A stretch of 59,758 nt of DNA, taken from contig SHYH01000002.1 in NCBI GenBank assembly GCA_009692865.1, positions 1-59,758 on the forward strand. The letters run 5' to 3'. The notes beneath the pieces were generated by a model. That model made no database searches and was not told the origin of the DNA. It saw only the letters and a program-made list of their open reading frames with translations. A program made the translations under genes and the position numbers. The DNA comes from Dehalococcoidia bacterium. GTDB lineage: Bacteria > Chloroflexota > Dehalococcoidia > Lucifugimonadales > GCA-2717565. Of the stretch, positions 8,493 through 20,273 are shown piece by piece; positions within the stretch are counted from its first letter, which is position 1, and each line of letters starts with the position of its first letter.

Positions 8493-9896
8493 CTACTCCC
8501 ACTCCCGAATGTCCACGAAGTGGCCGGCGATAGCCGCCGCCGCCGCCATGGGAGGGCTCACCAGGTGGGTGCGTCCCTGGGGGCCCTGGCGTCCCTCAAA
8601 GTTGCGGTTCGAGGTGGAGGCGCACCGCTCGCCAGGCCCCAGGATGTCGGGGTTCATCCCCAGGCACATGGAGCACCCCGCCTCCCGCCACTCAAACCCC
8701 GCCTGTTTAAAGACCACATCCAGGCCTTCCTTCTCGGCCTGGAGCTTTATCAGAGTAGAGCCGGGGACCACCATCGCCCGCACCCCAGGGTGCACCTTAC
8801 GGCCTCGGATCACCTCGGCGGCGTCCCGAAGGTCCGCCAGCCTGGAGTTGGTGCAGGAGCCAATGAACACCCGGTCCACCGGGATCTCCTGGATGGGCGT
8901 CCCGGGCCGAAGGCCCATGTACTCCAGGGCGCGCTCCACCGCTGTCCGCTCGGCATCCGTGCCAAAGGAGGCTGGGTCGGGCACCTGACCGGAAACGGGC
9001 AGCACCATGCCGGGGTTCGTCCCCCACGTCACGTAGGGTTGCAGCCTCGTGGCGTCGATCTCCACCACCCGGTCGTAGAAGGCGCCAGAGTCCGACGCCA
9101 GGGCGCGCCACCCCTCTACCGCCTGCTCAAAGGCCTGCCCCCTGGGAACCTGGGGACGCCCTCGCATCCACTCGAAGGTGGTGTCGTCGGGCGCGACCAT
9201 GCCCACCCGAGCGCCCGCCTCGATGGACATGTTGCAGATCGTCATCCTGCCCTCCATGGTCAGGGAGCGGACGGCCTCGCCGGTGTACTCGATGGCGTAG
9301 CCCGCCCCACCGTCCACGCCGATCCGGCCTATGACGCCCAGGATCAGGTCCTTGGCCGTCACGCCGTGAGGGAGGCGGCCAGAGACTCGCACCTCCATGG
9401 CCTTGAACCTGGCCTGCACCAGGCACTGGGTGGCCAGCACGTGCTCCACCTGGGAGGTGCCGAGGGGCATGGCGATGGCCCCAAATGCGCCGTGGGTGGC
9501 CGTGTGGCTGTCACCGCAGACGATGACCTTTCCCGGCTGGGTATAGCCTAGCTCCGGGCCGATGATGTGTACGATGCCCTGTTGGGCGCTGGTCATCCCG
9601 TAGAAGGTGACGCCGAACTCTTTGACGTTTTGCTCCAGCGTTCGGATCTGCTGAAGAGAAATCTCATCGGTGATGGGGAGGGAGCGGTCCCAGGTGGGGA
9701 TATTGTGGTCCACGGTGGCCACGGTCAGCTCCGGGCGGCGCACCTTGCGACCCGACAGGCGAAGCCCCTCGAAGGCCTGGGGAGAGGTCACCTCGTGGAC
9801 CAGGTGCAGGTCTACATACAGGAGGGTGGGCTGGCCCGGCTCCTCGTGGACCACGTGGGACTCCCAGATCTTCTCAAACATGGTCTTAGGGGGCAT
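8493..9896 (-). CDS. leuC: 3-isopropylmalate dehydratase large subunit
   Basis: [16 protein letters not shown]..., aconitase-family Cys motifs ([21 protein letters not shown]). The ATG at 9896 has GAAGGAG upstream. The tracked GTG at 9911 is the alternative start. Confidence 0.93.
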   Translation of the reverse strand: MPPKTMFEKIWESHVVHEEPGQPTLLYVDLHLVHEVTSPQAFEGLRLSGRKVRRPELTVATVDHNIPTWDRSLPITDEISLQQIRTLEQNVKEFGVTFYGMTSAQQGIVHIIGPELGYTQPGKVIVCGDSHTATHGAFGAIAMPLGTSQVEHVLATQCLVQARFKAMEVRVSGRLPHGVTAKDLILGVIGRIGVDGGAGYAIEYTGEAVRSLTMEGRMTICNMSIEAGARVGMVAPDDTTFEWMRGRPQVPRGQAFEQAVEGWRALASDSGAFYDRVVEIDATRLQPYVTWGTNPGMVLPVSGQVPDPASFGTDAERTAVERALEYMGLRPGTPIQEIPVDRVFIGSCTNSRLADLRDAAEVIRGRKVHPGVRAMVVPGSTLIKLQAEKEGLDVVFKQAGFEWREAGCSMCLGMNPDILGPGERCASTSNRNFEGRQGPQGRTHLVSPPMAAAAAIAGHFVDIREWE

Positions 9897-9930
9897 CGCC
9901 TTCTCCTTCACAAAGTTGTAGCGAAACCTT

Positions 9931-10088
9931 TAGCAGATTGCTGAAAAACCCTTTCCGACCATCCCCCTGCCCCCTTCCTGGCCAGGACGGGGGCAGAAAT
10001 TATATCTGGGGGATACCCCCAGACCCCCACCCCTTCGGCTGCGCTCAGGGCAGGCTCCGGGGCTGCGCCCCTCTGGACTCCCTGTTTC
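9931..10088 (-). repeat. MITE-like element family A, copy A (long variant), leuC|leuA spacer
   Basis: TAGCAGATTGCTGAAAAACCCTTTCCGACCATCCCCCTG...CCCCCTTCCTGGCCAGGACGGGGG...GGGGGATACCCCC...CTCTGGACTCCC. It aligns by eye to the copies at 15655, 16902, 29423, 31002 and 56608. Confidence 0.85.
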
Positions 10089-10097
10089 GTTACCCTC

Positions 10098-11651
10098 TTA
10101 GGAGCCAGTCCCCTTTCCAGCCGCTTGCGCCCCCGTGATGGCCAGCACGCGGTTTAACGCGTTCATGTAGGCCCGGGCGCTTGCCACAATGATGTCCGTG
10201 GACACGCCCCTTCCCACATAGCTCTTTCCCCCACTTTGAATGCGGATGGTTACATCCCCCACAGCGTCCAGGCCCTCGGTGATGGACTGGACGGAGAACT
10301 CCACCAACTTGTTGGGCACCGGCACCACACGGCTGATGGCGTTGCACACAGCATCCACGGGCCCTGTTCCTGTGGCCGTGTCGCCCAGCACCTCCTCGTT
10401 GGGCCCGATGATCCGTACCGTGGCCGTGGGTATGATGTGGTCGCCGCAGGAGACCTGAACCTGGTCCAGCCGGTAGGTCTGGGCCTCGCTAACGGTCCGG
10501 CGCTGCTCCGCCATCAGTGCCTCCAGGTCTCTGTCCGTCACCTCCCGCTTCTTGTCGGCCAGGTCCTTGAAGGCCTGGAAGGTCTGGTTCAAATGCTCCT
10601 GGGACAGGTGAAAGCCCAGCTCCTCCAGGCGTGCCCGCAGTCCGGCACGTCCGGACAGCTTTCCCAGGACGATGGCGCTGCCGGGAACGCCCACGGAGGT
10701 CGGGTTCATGATCTCGAAGGTGGTGCGCTCTTTCAGGAGACCGTCCTGGTGAATCCCTGAGGCGTGGCGGAAGGCGTTAGCGCCCACGACGGCCTTGTTG
10801 GGCTGCACCAGGAAGCCGGTGATCTCGCTCACCAGGCGGCTGGTCCGGTACAGCTGGGTAGTTTCCACACCCGTGTGGAGTTCGAAGAAGTCACGGCGGG
10901 TGTGGATGCCCATGACCACCTCCTCCAGGGAGGCGTTGCCCGCCCGCTCGCCGATGCCGTTGACGCACACCTCCACCTGGCGCACCCCCGCCTTAACCGC
11001 CGCCAGGCTGTTGGAGACGGACAGACCAAGGTCGTTGTGGCAGTGGACGCTGACGCGCGCCTTATGGATGTTGGGCACGTTCTCAAAGATGTTGCGGATG
11101 AGCTGGGCAAACTCCTCGGGGATGGCGTAGCCCACGGTGTCCGGTATGTTCACCGTGGTGGCCCCGGCGTCAATGGTGGCCGTCAGCATGGCGTAGAGGT
11201 ACTCGGGGAGTGTGCGAGTCGCGTCCATGGGTGAGAACTCCACGTCCTCCACGTATCGCTTGGCCCGCTTCACCATGGAGACGGCCATGTCCATGACCTC
11301 CTCCCGGCCCTTGCGGAGCTGGTGCATCAGGTGGACGTCGGAGCTGGAGATGAAGACGTGGATGCGCGAGCTGGCCGCGGGCTTGACGGCCTCCGCCGCC
11401 TGGTCCACGTCGTTGGGGTTGGCGCGGGCCAGGGAGCAGATGATGGGTCCACGCACACGCTCGGCTATGGTCCGGATGGCCTGGAAGTCGCCGGGGGAGC
11501 TAGCGGCAAACCCCGCCTCGATCACATCCACCTTCAGGCGCTCCAGCTGCTGCGCAACCGCCAGCTTCTCCTCGATGGTCATGGAGGCTCCCGCCGCCTG
11601 CTCACCATCGCGCAGCGTCGTGTCAAAGATGAGGACCCTGTTCTCCGTCAT
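10098..11651 (-). CDS. leuA: 2-isopropylmalate synthase
   Basis: MTENRVLIFDTTLRDGEQ... with a LeuA dimerisation/regulatory C-terminus. The ATG at 11651 follows GGGGAGGAG. The tracked ORF start at 11918 reads through the repeat-filled leader. Confidence 0.93.
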   Translation of the reverse strand: MTENRVLIFDTTLRDGEQAAGASMTIEEKLAVAQQLERLKVDVIEAGFAASSPGDFQAIRTIAERVRGPIICSLARANPNDVDQAAEAVKPAASSRIHVFISSSDVHLMHQLRKGREEVMDMAVSMVKRAKRYVEDVEFSPMDATRTLPEYLYAMLTATIDAGATTVNIPDTVGYAIPEEFAQLIRNIFENVPNIHKARVSVHCHNDLGLSVSNSLAAVKAGVRQVEVCVNGIGERAGNASLEEVVMGIHTRRDFFELHTGVETTQLYRTSRLVSEITGFLVQPNKAVVGANAFRHASGIHQDGLLKERTTFEIMNPTSVGVPGSAIVLGKLSGRAGLRARLEELGFHLSQEHLNQTFQAFKDLADKKREVTDRDLEALMAEQRRTVSEAQTYRLDQVQVSCGDHIIPTATVRIIGPNEEVLGDTATGTGPVDAVCNAISRVVPVPNKLVEFSVQSITEGLDAVGDVTIRIQSGGKSYVGRGVSTDIIVASARAYMNALNRVLAITGAQAAGKGTGS

Positions 11652-11803
11652 GGTCTCCTCCCCACCGTGGGGTTCAATTGTCGTTTTCGAGGTTGGTGTT
11701 CCGCTGGTTCCTCTCACGTCCCCAAGCGAAGTTCCCAATGGGCTTTTCAGAAACGGTGAGGGTGAGATCCCAAATGAGGGCCGCTCACAGGCAACGCAAG
11801 GAA

Positions 11804-11920
11804 GCAGGGCGTGCCACCAATCCGTGATGCCGAATACGGCACAAGTCGAGTGTCTACGGCCCCGATGCGGGGATACGGGAACGCCAACCAGTCGGGGTGC
11901 AACACCTACGGCCTGCACCC
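11804..11920 (-). repeat. repeat family B, long copy B1 (leuA 5' region)
   Basis: Minus-strand reading: GGGTGCAGGCCGTAGGTGTTGCACCCCGACTGGTTGG...CCCCGCATCGGGG...GGTGGCACGCCCTGC. By eye it is very similar, with only scattered mismatches, to 54123-54222 outside one extra internal hairpin (GTGCCGTATTCGGCATCAC). Confidence 0.8.
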
Positions 11921-11981
11921 TCGCTTGGGAAGGCCCTTCGCCGCTGCCCGGCGCCGGCTAAAGCGATGGGGCCCTGCCCCC

Positions 11982-12986
11982 TTACCCTCGACGCGGAGGC
12001 TCCAGGAAGGGCATCATGGCCCGCAACTCCTTCCCCACCTTCTCAACGGGATGGTCGGCATCTTTTTGCCGCAGGGCGTTGAACCGGGGGCGGCCCTCGT
12101 CGTTCTCCGCAATCCACTCCCGGGCGAAGGTCCCGTCCTGAATCTCCTTCAGGATCTCCTGCATTCGCCGCTTGACCGACTCGTCAATGATCCTGGGCCC
12201 CCGGGTGTAGTCCCCGAACTCCGCCGTGTCGCTCACGGAGTAGCGCATGTACTCCAGGCCCCCCTGGTAGATGAGGTCCACGATAAGCTTCAGCTCGTGA
12301 AGCACCTCAAAGTAGGCCGATTCCGGCTGGTAGCCCGCCTCCACCAGGGTCTCGAATCCCGCCTTGATGAGGCTGGTGACACCCCCACACAGGACCGCCT
12401 GCTCCCCAAACAGGTCGGTCTCCGTCTCCTCCTTGAAGGTGGTCCGGAGCACCCCTGCCCTTGTGGCGCCAATGCCACGGGCGTAGGCCAGGCCCACCTG
12501 CCACGCCTTGCCGGACGTGTCCTGGTGCACGGCCAAGAGGGCGGGGACCCCCGACCCCTGGGTGAAGATCTCCCGCATACGGTGGCCCGGCGCCTTAGGC
12601 GCCACCATGGACACGTCAATGACGGGCGGCGGTTGGATCCGCTTGTAGTGGATATTGAAGCCGTGGGCGAACATGAGGGTCTTGCCCGGCTTCAGATGAG
12701 GTTGGATGGACTCCCGGTAAACCCCTGGCTGGACCGTATCGGGGACAAGCATCATCATGATGTCGGCCTCGCGGGCCACCTGGTCCACGGTGGCCACCCG
12801 CAGCCCCGCCTGCTCCGCTCGCGGCCAACTGGCGCTGCCCTTGTAGAGGCCCACCACCACGTTGAAGCCGCTGTCCTTCAGGTTCAGGGCGTGGGCGTGG
12901 CCCTGGCTCCCGTAGCCAATAATCCCCAGGGTCTTCCCCTGCAGGAGCGACAGATCGGCGTCCTTGTCGTAATACACCTGGGCCAT
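11982..12986 (-). CDS. ilvC: ketol-acid reductoisomerase
   Basis: [40 protein letters not shown]. The ATG is at 12986. The tracked start at 13124 reads through a MITE. Confidence 0.95.
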   Translation of the reverse strand: MAQVYYDKDADLSLLQGKTLGIIGYGSQGHAHALNLKDSGFNVVVGLYKGSASWPRAEQAGLRVATVDQVAREADIMMMLVPDTVQPGVYRESIQPHLKPGKTLMFAHGFNIHYKRIQPPPVIDVSMVAPKAPGHRMREIFTQGSGVPALLAVHQDTSGKAWQVGLAYARGIGATRAGVLRTTFKEETETDLFGEQAVLCGGVTSLIKAGFETLVEAGYQPESAYFEVLHELKLIVDLIYQGGLEYMRYSVSDTAEFGDYTRGPRIIDESVKRRMQEILKEIQDGTFAREWIAENDEGRPRFNALRQKDADHPVEKVGKELRAMMPFLEPPRRG

Positions 12987-13007
12987 GAGCGGGTCCTTTC
13001 TTGGGTC

Positions 13008-13155
13008 TAGCGGTTTGCGGAAAAACCCCTTTCGACCCCCGATAGATACGGGGCCTTCGACTATCCCCCTGTCCCCCTTCCTGGAAGGAAGGGGGACAGG
13101 GGGATACCCCCAGACCCCCACCAAAGGGGCTTTGCCCCTCTGGACTCCCTTTTTG
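13008..13155 (-). repeat. MITE-like element family A, copy B, ilvN|ilvC spacer
   Basis: TAGCGGTTTGCGGAAAAACCCCTTTCGACC[+23-nt internal duplication]TATCCCCCTGTCCCCCTTCCTGGAAGGAAGGGGGACAGGGGGATACCCCCAGACCCCCACCAAAGGGGCTTTGCCCCTCTGGACTCCC. Confidence 0.85.
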
Positions 13156-13198
13156 CATCACCACGCCAGAGGCCCTTTCCAGGAGCCCCAGGACTTGT

Positions 13199-13729
13199 CT
13201 ACTGATTCCCGTTGGCGCTGGGAGTGCCGGGGTAGGCGTTGGCCCCCCGGAGCATGGCAACCCGTCCGGTGCGCATCAACTCCCGCACGCCAAAGGATTT
13301 GAGGAGCTGAAGCAGGGAGTCCACCTTGTCCTCGTCCCCGGTCACCTCGATGATGAGAGAGTCTGGAGAGACATCCACAATGTTGGCTCGGAAGATGTCC
13401 ACGAGCTGGATGATCTCGCTGCGGTTGTAGGGGGTTGCCTGGACCTTGATCAGGGCAAGCTCGCGGGCCACGACGTTCTCATCGCTGAGGTCCGAGACCT
13501 TGACCACGTCTATGAGGCGGTCCAACTGGTTGCGGACCTGCTCAATGGTGTGGTCGTCCCCGTTGACCACGAAGGTCATACGCGAGAAGCCCGGCTGCTC
13601 ACTATGGCCCACCGACAGGCTGACAATATTGTACCCACGCCGCCGGAACATGCTGGCGACGCGATTGAGGACCCCGGGCCTGTCCTGGACCAGGGCAACA
13701 ATTGTGTGAGAGGCTGGGCCCTTGGGCAT
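13199..13729 (-). CDS. ilvN: acetolactate synthase small (regulatory) subunit
   Basis: HTIVALVQDRPGVLNRVASMFRRRGYNIVSLSVG is an ACT domain. It abuts the ilvB stop. Confidence 0.9.
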   Translation of the reverse strand: MPKGPASHTIVALVQDRPGVLNRVASMFRRRGYNIVSLSVGHSEQPGFSRMTFVVNGDDHTIEQVRNQLDRLIDVVKVSDLSDENVVARELALIKVQATPYNRSEIIQLVDIFRANIVDVSPDSLIIEVTGDEDKVDSLLQLLKSFGVRELMRTGRVAMLRGANAYPGTPSANGNQ

Positions 13730-15430
13730 CTACCTCCGCTCCTCCACCATCTGGGGTTCCTCGATAAGCTGGTCCACGCTCGTGCCTGCGGGGATCATGG
13801 GGTAGACGTTCTCCTCCTCCTCCACCACAAAGTCCACCACCACGGGGCCTGCCCACTCCATAGCCTTGATAATGGCGTCCCGCACCTGAGACCGCTCGGT
13901 CACGCGCAGGCCCAGAATGCCGAAGGCCTCGGCCAGCTTCACGAAGTCAGGGTTCTTGGTGTAGCCGCTGGCGCTGTACTCCCGGTTGTAGAAAAACTCC
14001 TGCCACTGGCGCACCATGCCCAGGAAGTTGTTGTTGATGATGGCGAACTTCACGGGGATGTTGTTCTCGGCGATGGTGGCCAGCTCGCTCATCGTCATCT
14101 GGAAGCCCCCATCCCCCGCGATGGACCACACCACCCGATCCGGTACGCCTACCTGGGCCCCCATGGCGGCAGGGACCTCGAACCCCATGGCCCCCAGGCC
14201 ACCCGAGGTGATCATGGTGTAGGGCTCCTTGAAGGTGTAGTGCAGTGCAGTCCACATCTGGTGCTGCCCCACGCCCGTGACGATAACCGCCCTGCCATCG
14301 GTCACCTCTGAGATCTCGCGGATGACGTACTGGGGCAGCAGCTTTTCGGTGGGGCGAATGTAAAGGGAGGGATGCTCCCGCCGAAGCTGGTCCAGGTGAG
14401 CCATCCATTCGACGTGAATGGCCGGCTCCACGTTTGCGATGAGCTGCTTGAGCACCCGCTTCAGGTCTCCCACGATCGGCACGGCGGTAGCCACGCTCTT
14501 GCCGATCTCCGAGGGGTCCACATCCACGTGGATGATCTTTGCGTTGGGAGCAAACCGTTTCAGGTCCCCCGTCACCCGGTCGTCAAACCGCGCCCCAAGG
14601 CCGATGATCAGGTCCGCCTCGTCCAAGGCCAGGCTGGCCCAGGCCACGCCGTGCATACCCGGCATTCCCAGGCTCAGGTAGTGGGTCTGGGGGAATCCGC
14701 TCAACCCCAAGAGCGTGGTGATGACGGGAGTTTGGGTCTTCTCCGCAAACTCCCGAAGCTCGTCCATGGCGCGAGAAAGGAGAACGCCATGACCGGCCAG
14801 GACAACCGGGCGCTGCGCCTCCTTGATAAGACGGGCTGCCCGGAGAATCTGGGAGATGTTCCCATCCAGCACCGGCTTGTAACCCGGAAGGTCCACCGTG
14901 GTGGGGTATTCGCCAAACTCGGCCTTCTCCTGGAACACGTCCCTGGGGATATCCACAAGCACCACCCCGGGGCGCCCGCTGCTGGCGATGTAAAAGGCCT
15001 CCCTAATGGTGCGCGCTATTTCCGAAGCGTGCATCACCAGGTAGTTGTGCTTGGTAATGGGGAGGGTGACCCCCGTGACGTCGATCTCCTGAAAGGCGTC
15101 CTTCCCGATGGTCGGGCGGGCCACTTGGCCGGTAATGGCGACAATGGGCACCGAGTCCATGCTGGAGCACGCTAGCCCCGTGACCAGGTTCGTTGCACCG
15201 GGGCCGGAAGTCGCCCAACACACACCGACCTTGCCAGTGGCGCGGGCATAGCCATCGGCGGCCATGGCCGCTCCCTGCTCGTGCCGCACCAGAATGTGGC
15301 GGATCCGGTCTTTGTATTGAGGCAGGGTGCCGTAAAGGGGGAGAATGGCGCCCCCGGGAAGGCCGAAGACCACATCCACCCCTTCCCGAATGAGGGACTC
15401 GCAGAGGATCTGGCCGCCGGTCAACTGCAT
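13730..15430 (-). CDS. ilvB: acetolactate synthase large subunit
   Basis: MQLTGGQILCESLIREGVDVVFGLPGGAILPLY..., TPP motif GDGGFQMTMSELATI. The ATG at 15430 is preferred over the tracked TTG at 15457. Confidence 0.92.
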   Translation of the reverse strand: MQLTGGQILCESLIREGVDVVFGLPGGAILPLYGTLPQYKDRIRHILVRHEQGAAMAADGYARATGKVGVCWATSGPGATNLVTGLACSSMDSVPIVAITGQVARPTIGKDAFQEIDVTGVTLPITKHNYLVMHASEIARTIREAFYIASSGRPGVVLVDIPRDVFQEKAEFGEYPTTVDLPGYKPVLDGNISQILRAARLIKEAQRPVVLAGHGVLLSRAMDELREFAEKTQTPVITTLLGLSGFPQTHYLSLGMPGMHGVAWASLALDEADLIIGLGARFDDRVTGDLKRFAPNAKIIHVDVDPSEIGKSVATAVPIVGDLKRVLKQLIANVEPAIHVEWMAHLDQLRREHPSLYIRPTEKLLPQYVIREISEVTDGRAVIVTGVGQHQMWTALHYTFKEPYTMITSGGLGAMGFEVPAAMGAQVGVPDRVVWSIAGDGGFQMTMSELATIAENNIPVKFAIINNNFLGMVRQWQEFFYNREYSASGYTKNPDFVKLAEAFGILGLRVTERSQVRDAIIKAMEWAGPVVVDFVVEEEENVYPMIPAGTSVDQLIEEPQMVEERR

Positions 15431-15510
15431 GGAGGACACCTCTCCCGAAGTTAGCAAAGGTCTGGGCCCCAGGCGCTATCTCTTAGCCCGCCTTGAATCC
15501 AAGAGCGGCA

Positions 15511-15549
15511 CGAAAGCAAACAACTCTCTTCCCTTCCCAGGAAAGAGAG
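15511..15549 (-). terminator. terminator-like hairpin inside the ilvB leader (candidate attenuator)
   Basis: Minus-strand RNA CUCUCUUUCC-UGGGAA-GGGAAGAGAG (10 bp, one G-U) followed by UUGUUUGCUUUCG. It lies about 80 nt upstream of the ilvB ATG. Confidence 0.4.
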
Positions 15550-15596
15550 CACCTTGCCGTTCCCAAGCCGAATCCCATAGCGCCTCTGGAGGCCCC

Positions 15597-15625
15597 AGTG
15601 TAGCAACTTTTCGCAAGCAACGCAA
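15597..15625 (-). promoter_or_regulatory. candidate sigma70-type promoter for the ilv-leu cluster
   Basis: Minus strand TTGCGT-17 nt-TACACT. This is only a pattern match. Confidence 0.25.
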
Positions 15626-15627
15626 GG

Positions 15628-15648
15628 CGGGGCGTGCCCTGGTCCACC
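15628..15648 (-). repeat. repeat family B, partial copy B5 (ilvB 5' region)
   Basis: Minus-strand GGTGGACCAGGGCACGCCCCGC followed by CTTGCGTTGC, which parallels GGTGGCACGCCCTGCTTCCTTGCGTTGC in the leuA copy. Confidence 0.5.
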
Positions 15649-15654
15649 GGTGCC

Positions 15655-15822
15655 TAACAGAGTGATGCAAATCCCTTTCGACCATCCCCCTGTCCCCCTT
15701 CCTGGCCAGGAAGGGGGTGAGAATTATATATGGGGGACACCCCCATATCCCCACCCCTTCAGCTTCGCTCAGGGCAGGCTCCGGGGCTTCGCCCCTCTGG
15801 ACACCTCTTTCGGATCCTGCTA
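15655..15822 (-). repeat. MITE-like element family A, copy C (long variant); its terminus supplies the gap stop codon
   Basis: TAACAGAGTGATGCAAATCCCTTTCGACCATCCCCCTGTCCCCCTTCCTGGCCAGGAAGGGGG...CTCTGGACACC...GGATCCTGCTA. The terminal CTA (15820-15822) is the TAG stop of gap. Confidence 0.85.
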
Positions 15823-16836
15823 AACCCCCTGGTCCGCCATGAAGGCCGCCACGTCCGATGTCCGGCAGGCGTATCCCCACTCGTTGTCGTACCACCCCAG
15901 CACCTTCACCATGGTGCCGCCCATCACCATGGTGGAGAGGGCATCAATGGTGCAGCTATGAGGGTTGCCCTTAAAGTCGCTGCTCACCAGGGGCTCCTCC
16001 GTATAGGCCAGGATGCCCTTCAAGCGGCCCTTGGCAGCCGCCTGGTAGGCGTCGTTCACCTCCCCCATCTTCACGGGTCGCTTCAGCACCGCAACAAGGT
16101 CCGTGATAGAGACGGCGGAGACGGGCACACGGAAGGCCATGCCGTGAATCTTTCCGTTGAGCTCTGGAATGATGACGCCCACCACCCGAGCGGCCCCGGT
16201 GGTGGTGGGGATGATGTTCTGGGCCGCCGCCCTGGCCCGCCGCAGGTCCTCGTGCACCTGGTCCAGGATGCGCTGGTCGTTAGTGTAGGCGTGGACCGTG
16301 GACATCAGGGAGTGCTCGATGCCGAAGGCGTCGTTGAGCACCTTGACCATGGTGGCGACGCAGTTGGTGGTGCAGGAGGCGTTGGAGATGACGTGGTGAC
16401 GCTGGCGCTCGTACTTCTCCTCGTTGACCCCCAGGACCATAGTCAGGTCCTCGCCGCGAGCGGGGGCCGTGATGATCACCTTCTTGGCCCCCCCCCCTTT
16501 GATGTGCTGGGAGGCCCTATCGGCGTTGGTGAAGATGCCCGTGGACTCCACCACGATGTCGGCGCCCACCTCAGCCCAGGGGATCTTGCCCGGGTCCCGC
16601 TCTGAGAACACCTTGATGGGCTTGCCGTCCACCACCAGGGCGCCATCCACCGCCGCCACGGCGCCGGGGTAGGCGCCGAAGTTGGTGTCGTACTTGAAAA
16701 GGTGGGCGTTGGTGGCGGCGTCGGCCAGGTCATTCACGGCCGCCACTTCCAGCTTGCCAGGATGGCGCTCCAATGTGGCCCGCAGCACCTGCCGCCCGAT
16801 ACGACCGAAGCCGTTGATGCCGATGCGTGTGACCAT
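15820..16836 (-). CDS. gap: glyceraldehyde-3-phosphate dehydrogenase
   Basis: [17 protein letters not shown]..., active-site SNASCTTNC. The ATG at 16836 follows GGGAGG. Confidence 0.95.
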   Translation of the reverse strand: MVTRIGINGFGRIGRQVLRATLERHPGKLEVAAVNDLADAATNAHLFKYDTNFGAYPGAVAAVDGALVVDGKPIKVFSERDPGKIPWAEVGADIVVESTGIFTNADRASQHIKGGGAKKVIITAPARGEDLTMVLGVNEEKYERQRHHVISNASCTTNCVATMVKVLNDAFGIEHSLMSTVHAYTNDQRILDQVHEDLRRARAAAQNIIPTTTGAARVVGVIIPELNGKIHGMAFRVPVSAVSITDLVAVLKRPVKMGEVNDAYQAAAKGRLKGILAYTEEPLVSSDFKGNPHSCTIDALSTMVMGGTMVKVLGWYDNEWGYACRTSDVAAFMADQGV

Positions 16837-16901
16837 TGTTGCCTCCCTGTTCTTGATGGTGACGGACACTCAGGATGTTAGGTTCAATCCTCCAGGATGT
16901 C

Positions 16902-17044
16902 TAGCAGGCTGGGGAAAGGGGTGTCCAGAGGGGCGAAGGCCCTTTGGCAGGGGTATGGGGGTGTCCCCCATATCTAAAACCGCCCCCTTCCTTCCAGGAA
17001 GGGGGCCAGGGGAATGGTCGAAAGGGTTCTTCAGTATCCTGCTA
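16902..17044 (+). repeat. MITE-like element family A, copy D (gap 5' region), flanked by CTAG on both sides
   Basis: cTAGCAGGCTGGGGAAAGGGGTGTCCAGAGGGGCGAAGGCCCTTTGGCAGGGGTATGGGGGTGTCCCCCATATCTAAAACCGCCCCCTTCCTTCCAGGAAGGGGGCCAGGGGAATGGTCGAAAGGGTTCTTCAGTATCCTGCTAg. Confidence 0.9.
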
Positions 17045-17050
17045 GGAGGG

Positions 17051-17070
17051 GCGGGGCGTGCCACCCACGT
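17051..17070 (-). repeat. repeat family B, short copy B3 (termini only)
   Basis: Minus-strand ACGTGGGTGGCACGCCCCGC. It equals the two ends of the long copies with the interior missing. Confidence 0.55.
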
Positions 17071-17080
17071 TCAGTTTTCC

Positions 17081-18184
17081 CTACTCCTTCGCGGAATGGA
17101 TGGCCACCACCCGCCCTGTAGACGAGGAGAGGCGCACGGCATCCAGCACCTGCTGGCATCGGAAGCCATCGTAAAAGTTGGGGGCGGGAGAGAGCCCCTC
17201 TTGAATGCCACGCACGAACTCCCGCACCAGCAGGCGGAAGGGCATCAGCCGCTCATCCCTGTCGTCAGCAAAGGGCTCAAGGCGCTCGGGGACGGGAAGC
17301 TGCGCCAAGGCCTCGTCGCCAGTTTTGGCGCCTAGAATCATGCCATGCGCAGGGGGATTGAAGCCGGCGCCCACATGAGGGGTTACAAGGGTCCCGTCCC
17401 TGCCGTAGATCTCAACCCCTGCCCCTGGACCGAAGGGAGCAGCGGTGGTGCCGGTCATGGTGGCCCATCCCCCGCTTGCGAAGCGGAGCGTGATGTAGAA
17501 CGTATCGTCCGCGGTGGCCTGGACGGTCTTCCCCGTCGTTAGGTCGGTGCGGTCTCCGTAGTGGGCGAAGAGGTGGCCGGATACCGACTCCACCTCGCCG
17601 AACCAGTGGCGGAGGCAGTCAATGTAGTGGGAGCCCAGGCCCCACAGGAAGCCGTTCCCTTGGCTGGCATCGTCTCGCTCGGAGAGGGGGCGAAGGCGGA
17701 CGGGACGCCTGGGCCCACCGACCAACCACAGGCGCGCCATGTGCAGGGGCCCCACAAACCCCTCGTCAAGGAGCTCCTTCACCCGCATTCGGGCGGAGGT
17801 GAAGCGGAACTCGTGGGCGATCATGGCGGTGAGGCCAGTGCTCCTGGCCTTCTGCCACATCTCATAGGCCTTGGCCTGGTCGGTGGAGAAGGGCTTTTCA
17901 CACAGGACGTGTTTCCCCGCCTCCAGAGCGGCCATGACCATGGGATGATGGAGTGGGACGGGGCCGGCAACGCTGACGGCGTCCAGGCCTTCCATCCGCA
18001 CCATCTCGCGGTAATCGGTGAACAGGTGTGGGATGCCAAACCGCTGGGCAGCCTCCTGGGCCCGCTCCTCACGGCGGGAGCAGACGGCCACCACCTCCAC
18101 ACCCTCGGATTGGAGGCCGGGGATGTGGACCTGGGCCCCAAAACCCACACCAATGACGCCGATGCGCAGGAAATCGCTTGCCAC
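17081..18184 (-). CDS. Gfo/Idh/MocA-family NAD(P)-dependent oxidoreductase
   Basis: Rossmann N-terminus LRIGVIGVGFGAQVHIPGLQSEGVEVVAVCSRREERAQEAAQRFGIP and the EKPF motif (VLCEKPFS). Confidence 0.8.
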   Translation of the reverse strand: MASDFLRIGVIGVGFGAQVHIPGLQSEGVEVVAVCSRREERAQEAAQRFGIPHLFTDYREMVRMEGLDAVSVAGPVPLHHPMVMAALEAGKHVLCEKPFSTDQAKAYEMWQKARSTGLTAMIAHEFRFTSARMRVKELLDEGFVGPLHMARLWLVGGPRRPVRLRPLSERDDASQGNGFLWGLGSHYIDCLRHWFGEVESVSGHLFAHYGDRTDLTTGKTVQATADDTFYITLRFASGGWATMTGTTAAPFGPGAGVEIYGRDGTLVTPHVGAGFNPPAHGMILGAKTGDEALAQLPVPERLEPFADDRDERLMPFRLLVREFVRGIQEGLSPAPNFYDGFRCQQVLDAVRLSSSTGRVVAIHSAKE

Positions 18185-18187
18185 GTT

Positions 18188-19998
<1,811 letters not shown>

Positions 19999-20273
19999 TC
20001 AGCTACATCCACTGTTTCTACGACACGCATCCTACCTATGAGGCGAAGCCATTGTAAGCGTTTGGGACCTCCTCTCGCAATACAAGGCAACTCCGCAAGG
20101 CCGCGCCCAGGAATTAGCGGGAAGAGGCATCCACTCCGCCTTGGTTTACATATTCAAGGACTATAGGGGCTGGTCCAGAGGCCCAACTATTCACCGCAGG
20201 CCATCTGGTGTAGCATAGCAGGCGCCGGGGGAGCGTCGTTGCTCCTCGGCCTAACGCTACCGTAAGGAAGCCC

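Noticed and set aside
15628-15648. T-box antiterminator core (GGUGGACCAGGG; also GGUGGCACGCCC at 11804-11815) in the ilvB and leuA leaders.
   Set aside because: Only 7-8 of 12 positions match GGUGGUACCGCG. The motif lies about 100-150 nt from the nearest terminator-like hairpin. No Stem I/specifier features were seen, and the same motif also precedes glmS, gap and panB.
9931-17045. CRISPR array, suggested by recurring palindromic CCCCCTTCC...GGAAGGGGG units.
   Set aside because: The copies are about 150 bp long, kilobases apart, in both orientations, and separated by housekeeping genes rather than short unique spacers. No cas genes are present.
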